Made by a program: the position numbers and the translations under genes
The notes under the pieces: model-generated
What the model was told of the DNA's origin: nothing
Database searches by the model: none
The model's input: only the letters and a program-made list of their open reading frames with translations
Assembly: GCA_963707915.1 (NCBI GenBank)
Contig: OY970178.1
Span: 352,001-416,000 of the forward strand
Direction of reading: 5' to 3'
Length of the DNA stretch: 64,000 bases
DNA from: Candidatus Eiseniibacteriota bacterium
GTDB taxonomy: Bacteria; Eisenbacteria; RBG-16-71-46
Shown here: one piece after another, positions 47,658 to 56,289 of the stretch
Layout: the number at the start of each line of letters is the position of its first letter
How positions within the stretch are numbered: position 1 is the stretch's first letter

Positions 47658-50096
47658 TCAACGCCTGCGCGGCAGCAGCCGGAGCGCGCTCTCGCCGGCA
47701 GCCTCGGCGCGCTCCCAGGAGAGGTACAGCGGCACGTCGCCGTGCCGGGCCCAGCGCGCGAGGTGGTCGCGGGCGTGCGGGCTGCCCGGGTCGCCGGAGT
47801 TGCCCGGCGGCAGCACCACGAACGAGGACTCCGGGACCGCGAGGTCCACGAGGTGCCGCAGCACGGGACCGTGCGTCACCCAGGGGTTCCAGGGCAATCG
47901 CGAACCGCCCACGCTCGGCGTGCCGGCATCGCCGTCGACGGGCACGGGCGGCGGCTCCCAGGCGGCGATGCCGAGGTCGCGGCCCAGGTCGTGGCGGAAG
48001 CGGGCCTGGTGCGCCCGGCCGTAGCGCCAGCGAGCGAGGTCCGGGCCCAGCAGCTTCGCGAGCTCGGCGAGGCCCAGCCGCAGGGCCGCCACCGCCGCCA
48101 CGGCGGGCCGCTCGGGTGCGCCGGTGGCCGGGTCGCGCAGCGCTTCCGGCGCGCGGCCCTGCAATGCGCTCCACGCCAGCCCGGGCAACCCCTCGAGCCT
48201 CGAGCGCCGCAGGTAGGCGCCGTACCAGCCGCGCCACAGCGTGGGCGCGACGCGCGAGCGGCGGGCGGAGAAGTCCCAGCCGCGCAGCGTGTCCACCGCG
48301 GCGCGCAGGCGTGCGTCGAGCGAGTCGGGCAGCGAGTCGGCACAGGCCAGCAGCAGCGGCAGGGTGCGGCGCGCGAGGCGCGAGACCACGTCGTTCTGCA
48401 CGCTGCGCAGGTCGGCGAGCGTGAGGCTGCGCGCGCCATCGAGGCGCTCCGCGATGCGGAGCGCGCGGTCCTGGGGCCAGTCGTAGCCCGCCAGCCGGGG
48501 CTCGAAGCGCGCGCCCACCGGGGCGTTGTTGGCGTTCACCACGATGCCGCCCGGGGGCGCCTCCCACGCCGGCATCTCCCCGGGCGGGATGGTGCCCCGC
48601 CACTCCCAGCGCCCGTCGCCCGGCAGGACCCCGGGCGGCGGCCGGAACCCGCGCCAGGGCAGGCGCCCCGCGGCCTGGTAGCGGACGTGGCCGTCGCGGT
48701 CCGCGGCGACCACGTTGAGGGTCGGGGTGACGAGCGCGCGGAAGGCCGCGCAGGCCTCCGCCGCGGAGCCCGCGCGGGCGATCCCGAGGAGCGCGCCGAG
48801 GTCCACGTCGTCGGCGACGCCGGACCAGCGCAGGCTGAGCGCCACGCCGTGCCTGCGGTCCAGCGCGATGACCGGGCCGTGCGGGGTGTAGCGGCGCACC
48901 TGGCCCGCGAGCCACACCGGGAGCGGCACGCCGAGCACGCGGAAGCTCATCCGGTAGGGCGCCTCGCGCACCTCCGCCCACCCGCCCTGCCAGCGCACGC
49001 GCTTGCCGTCGCGCGAGAGGCTGTCGGCGTAGACGTCGGTGGTGGCGGCGCTCAGCGCGGTGATGCCCCAGGCGCAGCGCGCGTTGCGGCCGCTCACGAT
49101 GGCCGGCAGTCCCGGCACGCAGGCGCCGGCGGCGTCCACCACGCCCGGCACCGTGATGTGGACGAGGTGAAGCGTGCCCGGCGCGGTGAGCGGCAGGTGC
49201 GGGTCGTTGGCGAACAGCGGGCGCCCGCCGGCGCTGCGTTGCGCGCCCACGGCGAAGACGTCGCTGGCGCGGGCGTCCAGATCGGGTGCCGCGCCCGGGC
49301 GCTCCGCGCCCAGCGTGCGCCGGGCCGCGGCGAGCAGGCCGGCGGGGAGTACCACGGCGGGCGGCTCGAGCGTGGCGCCGGGGCCCGGTGCCGCGCCCGC
49401 CCGCGCGCCGTAGAGGCGCCGCGCGGCGCTGTCGGGGATGGTCGCGTAGGGCCAGAGGCCCTCGAAGCGGCGGCGGTGGGCGAGCCAGGCCCGGCCGCGT
49501 GCCGCGATGGTGTCGCGCTCCGCGAGCTGCGGGAAGTCGAGGTCGAGCAGCGAGCCCATGGCGAGCAGGACGCCGGCGACGTCCGCAGGCGCCCAGTCGT
49601 CAGGGCGGCAGCGCAGGCGCTCGACCTCGACCGGCCAGGGGAGCGTCCCGCTGCGGCACCGCGCGAGGTAGGCGTTCACGCCCAGGCTGTAGCGCTCGAG
49701 CGGCATCGCCGCCGCCGGGTCGCGCCGGGCCCGCTCCCAGATCCGCCGGGCCAGCGCGTCCATCTCGAGCAACTGCGCGCCGCCGTCGGCCTGGAGGTGG
49801 CGGTTCCCGCCCCAGCGCGCCATCTGGCCGCGCACCGCCTGTCGCATGGCCAGCATCTGCCAGAGCCGGTCGCGCGCGCTGACGAAGCCCCAGGCGAAGT
49901 AGAGGTCGCGCTCGTTCGCGGCGCGGATGTGGGGCACCCCGAAGCGGTCGGTGAGCACGCGCACCGGCTGCTCGAGCCCCGCCAGAGTGAGCGTCGTGTC
50001 GAGCGGCGCGCCGGCGGGAGCGGCGGTGGGCCGGGGCGCGGCGGACAGGAGCAGCAGGGCGGCGATCGCGCAGCCGAGCAGCAGGCGGGTGAGCAT
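47658..50096 (-). CDS. Penicillin acylase (S45, Ntn hydrolase) family protein
   Basis: D.FGVPHI.A, GFV.A.DRLWQM, ASDVFAV (Ntn Ser; SN replaced by SD), ANDPHL, NANN, PGNSGDP.SPH..D. Confidence 0.9.
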   Translation of the reverse strand: MLTRLLLGCAIAALLLLSAAPRPTAAPAGAPLDTTLTLAGLEQPVRVLTDRFGVPHIRAANERDLYFAWGFVSARDRLWQMLAMRQAVRGQMARWGGNRHLQADGGAQLLEMDALARRIWERARRDPAAAMPLERYSLGVNAYLARCRSGTLPWPVEVERLRCRPDDWAPADVAGVLLAMGSLLDLDFPQLAERDTIAARGRAWLAHRRRFEGLWPYATIPDSAARRLYGARAGAAPGPGATLEPPAVVLPAGLLAAARRTLGAERPGAAPDLDARASDVFAVGAQRSAGGRPLFANDPHLPLTAPGTLHLVHITVPGVVDAAGACVPGLPAIVSGRNARCAWGITALSAATTDVYADSLSRDGKRVRWQGGWAEVREAPYRMSFRVLGVPLPVWLAGQVRRYTPHGPVIALDRRHGVALSLRWSGVADDVDLGALLGIARAGSAAEACAAFRALVTPTLNVVAADRDGHVRYQAAGRLPWRGFRPPPGVLPGDGRWEWRGTIPPGEMPAWEAPPGGIVVNANNAPVGARFEPRLAGYDWPQDRALRIAERLDGARSLTLADLRSVQNDVVSRLARRTLPLLLACADSLPDSLDARLRAAVDTLRGWDFSARRSRVAPTLWRGWYGAYLRRSRLEGLPGLAWSALQGRAPEALRDPATGAPERPAVAAVAALRLGLAELAKLLGPDLARWRYGRAHQARFRHDLGRDLGIAAWEPPPVPVDGDAGTPSVGGSRLPWNPWVTHGPVLRHLVDLAVPESSFVVLPPGNSGDPGSPHARDHLARWARHGDVPLYLSWERAEAAGESALRLLPRRR

Positions 50097-50188
50097 GCCG
50101 GGCAGGGTGCCATGGCCGGCCCCGGGCCGTCGAGCGGGAAGCGCCGTGCCGGCGAAGCGCTGTGCTAGGCTGGCCGGCCGGAGGAGCC

Positions 50189-51109
50189 ATGGAGCCACGC
50201 TACGCGATCGGCCTCGACCTGGGAGGCACGGACCTCAAGGCCGGGCTGGTGTCGAGCCGGGGTGAGGTCGCGCACTTCCAGCGCCGGCCGGCGCGCGCCG
50301 GGGAGGACGCGGACGCGCCGCTCCGGGTCATCGCTCGAGCCGTGAGCGAGCTGCGGGCCGCGGCCGGTGGCCCGCTCGTCGGCATCGGGCTCGGCTGCCC
50401 CGGCGTGATCGACCCGGCCAGCGGGGCGCTGGTGGGGCGCACGGCGCACCTGCCCCACTGGGACTCGCTGCCGCTGCGCGCGCTGCTGGCGGAGCGGCTC
50501 GGCAGCGGCCTGGTGGTCGAGAACGACGCCAACCTGGCCGCGCTGGCGGAGGACCGGGCGGGTGCGGCCCGCGGCGCGCGGGCCTCGCTCACGGTCACGG
50601 TCGGCACGGGCATCGGTTGCGGCGTGATCGTGGAGGGCCGCGTGCTGCGCGGGGCGCACGGGGGAGCCGGGGAGCTCGGCCACCTGCCACTGGACGGGCG
50701 CCACCCCTGCCGCTGCGGCGTGCCGGGCTGCGTGGAGCCCGAGTGCTCGGGCAGCGGACTCGCGGCGCGGGCCGCGGAGGCGGGGCTGGCGGCGCCGGAC
50801 GCGGCGGCGGTGTTCGCCGCGGCGTCCGCGGGAGACGCGCGCGCCACGCGGCTGATCGAGCGCATGACCGACCGCCTGGGCGCCCTCATCGCGGCGGCGG
50901 TGCAGCTGTTCGACCCGGACGTGGTCGTGGTCGGGGGCGGGGTCGCGAACGCGGGCGAGGCGCTGATGGACCCGCTGCGCGCGGCGGTGAAGCGCTACGC
51001 GCTGGAGTCGCACCACCGCGGCCTGCGCATCGCGCCCGCGGAGCTCGGCGAGCGCGCGGGCGTGGTGGGCGCCGGGCTGGCCGCGTGGGACGCGGCGCCC
51101 AGGAGCTAG
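50189..51109 (+). CDS. ROK family sugar kinase
   Basis: DLGGT, ENDANLAALAE, GTGIG.G, GELGH, CRCG..GCVE. Confidence 0.93.
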   Translation: MEPRYAIGLDLGGTDLKAGLVSSRGEVAHFQRRPARAGEDADAPLRVIARAVSELRAAAGGPLVGIGLGCPGVIDPASGALVGRTAHLPHWDSLPLRALLAERLGSGLVVENDANLAALAEDRAGAARGARASLTVTVGTGIGCGVIVEGRVLRGAHGGAGELGHLPLDGRHPCRCGVPGCVEPECSGSGLAARAAEAGLAAPDAAAVFAAASAGDARATRLIERMTDRLGALIAAAVQLFDPDVVVVGGGVANAGEALMDPLRAAVKRYALESHHRGLRIAPAELGERAGVVGAGLAAWDAAPRS

Positions 51110-51132
51110 CAGCTAACGTGGACTGCGCATGA

Positions 51133-51184
51133 CCCGCTGCTGCGAACGCGAGCCGATCGCGAGCTGACCGCGATCGGCAGCGGG
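51133..51184. terminator. Hairpin after the ROK gene and at the distal end of the repeat array
   Basis: GCCGATCGCG / AGCTGAC / CGCGATCGGC inner stem, flanked by CCCGCT...AGCGGG. Confidence 0.45.
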
Positions 51185-51208
51185 CCTGTGCGTCGCTGCC
51201 GGCGAAGA

Positions 51209-51394
51209 TGTCACCCGTGCCCGGGGAGTGATCTGCTACGGGCGTCGCCAGTCGCAACCTCGATGTCGGCGATGGTGTCACCCGGGTCCCCGGTCTGCGG
51301 TGTCACCCGCGTCCCCGCTCGGGACTTCGATTCGGGCGGAAGGTGTCACCCATGTCTCCGGTCTGATCTGTTACCAATCTAGGCGGTCTGGACA
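51209..51394. repeat. Tandem array of three ~51-bp IS481-end-like units (period 67-68 bp)
   Basis: Units 51209-51259, 51276-51326, 51344-51394 each start TGTCACCC and match the IS end at 52718-52769. Linkers are TCGATGTCGGCGATGG and TCGATTCGGGCGGAAGG. Confidence 0.85.
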
Positions 51395-51404
51395 TCTGAA
51401 GCAA
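51376..51404 (-). promoter_or_regulatory. Junction promoter formed across abutted IS ends
   Basis: Minus strand TTGCTT (in the IS end), 17 bp, TAGATT (in array unit 3). Confidence 0.6.
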
Positions 51405-52769
51405 CCGGGGACATGGGTGACAGGACAGACCGGGCACATGGGTAACACATTCTAGCTTCCATAACGGCGGCGACGACGTCTGCTCAAGGCAGGATCAACG
51501 ATGGGTTCGAGCCGCCCAAAGTGGCGGGGTCCGCGGTCGGTGGCCTGCTTGAGATCTAGCAGTCCGATCGGCACCCAGCCGAAGTGGACACGCCACCGGC
51601 CATCGTCGCAGGGCTCGAGTCCGACCCGTTCGCCGACGAGGCAGTTGCTCACGTACCACTGCGTGGTGCCGAAGGTGATCACGCCGTTGGGATAGGCCAC
51701 CCGGGTCTCGAAGTGTCGCGGGTACTCTGGTTCGGGGAGCTCGCGCGGGTACGAGCGAAGCGATGGGCGGTAAAGCGCGGCCGGCACCTCCTGGCCGAGC
51801 GCCTCGTGCGGCCGCTCCTGGTTGTACTCCGTCTGGAAGCGATCGAACGCGCGTTGCTGGGCGCTGAAGCTCGAGCGCGGCGGTCTGGCGGTCTCGGCTT
51901 TCAAGGTGCGATGCATGCGCTCGTGGCGCCCGTTCTGTTCGGGACGACCTGGCATGATGCGTTCGGGACGGATCCCGAGTCGGATCCACCAGACCGAGAG
52001 ACGCGACAGTCCGCCCGGGGCGAGCGTCGAGAACGGCGGCCCGTTATCGGTGCGGATCGCCCTCGGCAAGCCGTATTCGGTGAAAGCGGACTCGAAGACG
52101 CGCCGGACATGCTGAGTGAGCGGACGACGCAGGGCGCGGCAGCGAAGGAGCAGGCGACTGTATCCATCGCTGATGGTCAGCGGATGACAGCGTTCACCCC
52201 GGCGACCCAGCGGGAAGTGGCCCTTGAAGTCGGCACACCAGACGGCGTTGGGTGCGTCGTACTGCCGCAGCCGGTCCCCGTACGGTGAGCTGCGCCGGAC
52301 TCGCCGGCGCGGGCGAACCAGTCCGCTGCGCCTCAGGATGTCGCCGATCGTGCTGGCCGCCGGGAGCGCGACCGGCGGCCGTTCCCGCTTCAGCACCACC
52401 CGCACCTTGCGTGGTCCCCAACGCGGATGGCGACGTCGGATCGCGACGATCGCCTGCACGAGGTCGGCGGCGACGGCGTTGGGATGAGAGTGCGGCGCGC
52501 GTGAGATCTCCTCGAGGGCCGCGACCCCGTCGGCCTCATAACGACGGACCCACTTGTACCCCGTCTTCCGGCTGACCCCGAAGTCGTGGCACAAGTCGGA
52601 GAAGCTGGCCTCCGCCTGCAGGTAGGCGGCAATGAACTTCACTCGTTCAGACATCCAGTCGGTCCTCGCCCAGGGCATCGTGTGGTCCTCCTCGAACCAC
52701 CCATGATGCCCGCGGGCTGTAACCCATGTCCCCGGTCTGATCTGTTACCAGTGTGCCCGGTCTGAACCA
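51397..52769 (-). mobile_element. IS481-family insertion sequence (1373 bp)
   Basis: TG...CA termini; imperfect ~51-bp inverted repeats (51397-51447, 52718-52769), each with two ACCGGG.ACA..GGT.ACA subrepeats; TC dinucleotide on both flanks. Confidence 0.88.
51452..52678 (-). CDS. IS481-family DDE transposase (HTH plus integrase core)
   Basis: MPW, FGVSRKTGYKW HTH, WGPRK, W.ADFKG (D), RTDNG.PF (D), QNGRHERMHRTLK (E), YN.ERPHEAL; GAGGAGG RBS. Confidence 0.95.
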   Translation of the reverse strand: MPWARTDWMSERVKFIAAYLQAEASFSDLCHDFGVSRKTGYKWVRRYEADGVAALEEISRAPHSHPNAVAADLVQAIVAIRRRHPRWGPRKVRVVLKRERPPVALPAASTIGDILRRSGLVRPRRRVRRSSPYGDRLRQYDAPNAVWCADFKGHFPLGRRGERCHPLTISDGYSRLLLRCRALRRPLTQHVRRVFESAFTEYGLPRAIRTDNGPPFSTLAPGGLSRLSVWWIRLGIRPERIMPGRPEQNGRHERMHRTLKAETARPPRSSFSAQQRAFDRFQTEYNQERPHEALGQEVPAALYRPSLRSYPRELPEPEYPRHFETRVAYPNGVITFGTTQWYVSNCLVGERVGLEPCDDGRWRVHFGWVPIGLLDLKQATDRGPRHFGRLEPIVDPALSRRRRRRYGS

Positions 52770-53003
52770 TCGATTTCGCTTGACAGGTGTCGGGGCTCGC
52801 GATGCGCCACGACTGCCGGGCTGTTCGCGCGGCTCGCAGGAAGTCGCAGGTCGAGCGGAGTACGCATCGCGGCCGCGATCGTGAACGCGTTCTCCCGCCG
52901 AGCCTCGTTGTGCGACCTGCCGGGCGCTGCGAGAGCTGAAGACCGGCATGATATGAATGGCCTCGCACTGCCCCCGTGACCCGCCCCCGCGCGGAGTCAC
53001 ACG

Positions 53004-54293
53004 ATGGATCGCTACTCCCTGGCCCACGTTCCCGACCCGGTCCTGCTGCGCGAACTGCGCTCGCTCGTCGCCCAGGACCGCGTCACCACCGCCCTGCTCG
53101 TCGCCCACCTCGGCGAGGTCGATGCCCGGCGGCTCTACGCCGAAGCCGGCTACCCCTCGATGTTCGCCTGGTGCGTGGAGCGGTTGGGCTTCTCCGAGGA
53201 CAGCGCCTACAAGCGCATCCGGGCGGCGCGGACCGCCCGCGAGTTCCCGGACGTCCACGCGATGCTGGCCGACGGCCGGCTGCACCTCGGTGGCGTGGTC
53301 GCGCTGGCGCCCTGCCTGACCGCCGCGAATGCGGGGGAGTTGCTGGCCGCCGCGGCGCACCGGAGCCGCGCGGGCATCGAGCAGATGCTGGCCGAGCGGT
53401 TCCCGCGGCCCGACCTGCCGGGCCTGATCCAGCCCGTACCCCAGCCGCCGATTAGTACGGATGTTCAGTGTGATCAAATTTCACTGGCCCCGGGGCCAGT
53501 GATTTCCAGTCCTGCTAAACACGAGGCCGCATCTCCCGCATTCGGTGAGCGCCAGGTCACCCCTCTCGCTCCGCAACGCTTCGCCGTGCAATTCACCATG
53601 GACCAGGAAGCGCACGCCGACCTGCTCTACGCCCAGGCCCTGCTCGGGCACGCGGTGCCCTCCGGCGACCCGGCCGCGGTGTTCGCCCGCGCGCTGAAGA
53701 CCCTGATTGCGCAGCTCGAGCAGCGCAAGTTCGCGAAGACCGACCGGCCCCGCCGCTGCCGCGCCAGCGACGACCCGCGGCACGTCCCCGCGGAGGTGAA
53801 GCGCGCGGTGTGGGAGCGTGACGGTGGCCGCTGCACGTTCGTGGGCACCGGCGGGCATCGCTGCGAGGCGCGCACGCGGCTCGAGTACGACCACGTCGAG
53901 CCGGTGGCCGACGGCGGGCGCGCGACGGTGCGCGGCCTGCGGCTGCGCTGCCGGGCGCACAACCAGTACGAAGCCGAGCGACACTTCGGGCGCGACTTCA
54001 TGGCGGCCAGGCGGGAGAGCGGCGGACGTGGGTCGGCTCCGAACGGGGCCGAGCGACACGGTGGGCGCGACTTCATGGCGGCCAGGCGGGAGCGGAGCGG
54101 GAAGCCCGGGCTGCCTTCGCACCTGGCGGAGCTGGTGCCCTGGCTGCGAACGCTCGGGCTCCGCGCGGAGGAAGCGCACCGGGTCGCGGAGAACTGCGGC
54201 GCCCCACCCGACGCCCCGCTCGAGGAACGCGTGCGCTACGCGCTGCGCTGCTACGGCGGTCCGCGCGGCGCGGTCACACGTCCCGCGGCCTGA
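53004..54293 (+). CDS. HNH endonuclease with a DUF222-like helical N-terminal region
   Basis: LLVAHLGEVDARRLY...GYPSMF.WC...LG.SE..AYKRI; V.ERDGGRC, RC, EYDHVEP..GG, LRCRAHN. Confidence 0.85.
   Translation: MDRYSLAHVPDPVLLRELRSLVAQDRVTTALLVAHLGEVDARRLYAEAGYPSMFAWCVERLGFSEDSAYKRIRAARTAREFPDVHAMLADGRLHLGGVVALAPCLTAANAGELLAAAAHRSRAGIEQMLAERFPRPDLPGLIQPVPQPPISTDVQCDQISLAPGPVISSPAKHEAASPAFGERQVTPLAPQRFAVQFTMDQEAHADLLYAQALLGHAVPSGDPAAVFARALKTLIAQLEQRKFAKTDRPRRCRASDDPRHVPAEVKRAVWERDGGRCTFVGTGGHRCEARTRLEYDHVEPVADGGRATVRGLRLRCRAHNQYEAERHFGRDFMAARRESGGRGSAPNGAERHGGRDFMAARRERSGKPGLPSHLAELVPWLRTLGLRAEEAHRVAENCGAPPDAPLEERVRYALRCYGGPRGAVTRPAA
53973..54092 (+). repeat. 45-bp direct repeat (period 75 bp) inside the HNH gene
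   Basis: 53973-54017 vs 54048-54092 with 3 mismatches; encodes AERH[FG]GRDFMAARRE twice. Confidence 0.9.
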
Positions 54294-54436
54294 GCGAGGC
54301 GGATGCGCGGCGGCGTGAGCGGGCTGGAGGCCCGGCAGCACGGGAGCCGCGTGGCCCGCACGACCCGAACCCGTGACGCGTCCGACTCGAACCTCCGGAT
54401 CGTGCGCGCCGCGCTTGCGACTACCCGGAAAGGCTC

Positions 54437-55732
<1,296 letters not shown>

Positions 55733-55845
55733 GGGGCGCGGACGATACCACGCTCGACTTCGCGGCGCGCAGCGCCCCCGGCGGGGGCGGCTTGACCCGG
55801 TCACGGGCGGCCTTCAGACTGCGGCCCGCGCCCCAAGGAGGAGCC

Positions 55846-56238
55846 ATGGCCAGCCGACCCCGACGCACGCTCGACACGTTCCCGAACCCCAGCCCGGACC
55901 GGGACTACGTCATCCGGCACGAGTGCCCCGAGTACACGGCCCTGTGCCCGGTCACCGGACAGCCGGACTTCGGCACCATCGTGGTCGTGTACACGCCCGA
56001 CCGCACCTGCGTGGAGCTCAAGTCGCTCAAGCTCTACCTCTGGTCCTTCCACGACGAGGGCCACTACTTCGAACAGGTCACGAACCTGATCCTCGACGAC
56101 CTGGTGCGCGCGCTGCGGCCCCGTAAGCTCACGGTGATCGGCAAGTTCAACGTGCGGGGGGGGATCTGGAGCACGGTGGTGGCGCGCTACGAGGCGCCCG
56201 CCGCCCGCCGCCGCAACGTTCGGCGCGCCCGGCCGTAG
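55846..56238 (+). CDS. queF: preQ0 reductase (unimodular QueF)
   Basis: [40 protein letters not shown]. Confidence 0.95.
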   Translation: MASRPRRTLDTFPNPSPDRDYVIRHECPEYTALCPVTGQPDFGTIVVVYTPDRTCVELKSLKLYLWSFHDEGHYFEQVTNLILDDLVRALRPRKLTVIGKFNVRGGIWSTVVARYEAPAARRRNVRRARP

Positions 56239-56289
56239 CAGGGGACAGCCCCTCACCGGGGGGCCGCGGCCCCCGGCCACTGGAGTCCG

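Noticed and set aside
51110..51200. Integron attC site (GCTAAC just after the ROK stop plus a hairpin)
   Set aside because: No matching GTTRRRY at a suitable distance and no integron integrase in the window.
51209..51447. CRISPR array interpretation of the 67-68-bp periodic repeats
   Set aside because: Repeats are 51 bp and degenerate, linkers are only 16-17 bp and similar to each other, no cas genes are present, and the units match IS ends.
52780..52785. TTGACA as the -35 of an HNH gene promoter
   Set aside because: No plausible -10 at 16-18 bp downstream; it falls within the array linker sequence.
53454..53469. Second LexA-like box (AGTAC-GGAT-GTTCAGT) inside the HNH gene
   Set aside because: Three mismatches to the 28884 palindrome core, intragenic, and no promoter context.
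55733..55845. preQ1 riboswitch upstream of queF
   Set aside because: No recognisable aptamer stem-loop or A-rich tail in this short GC-rich divergent spacer.
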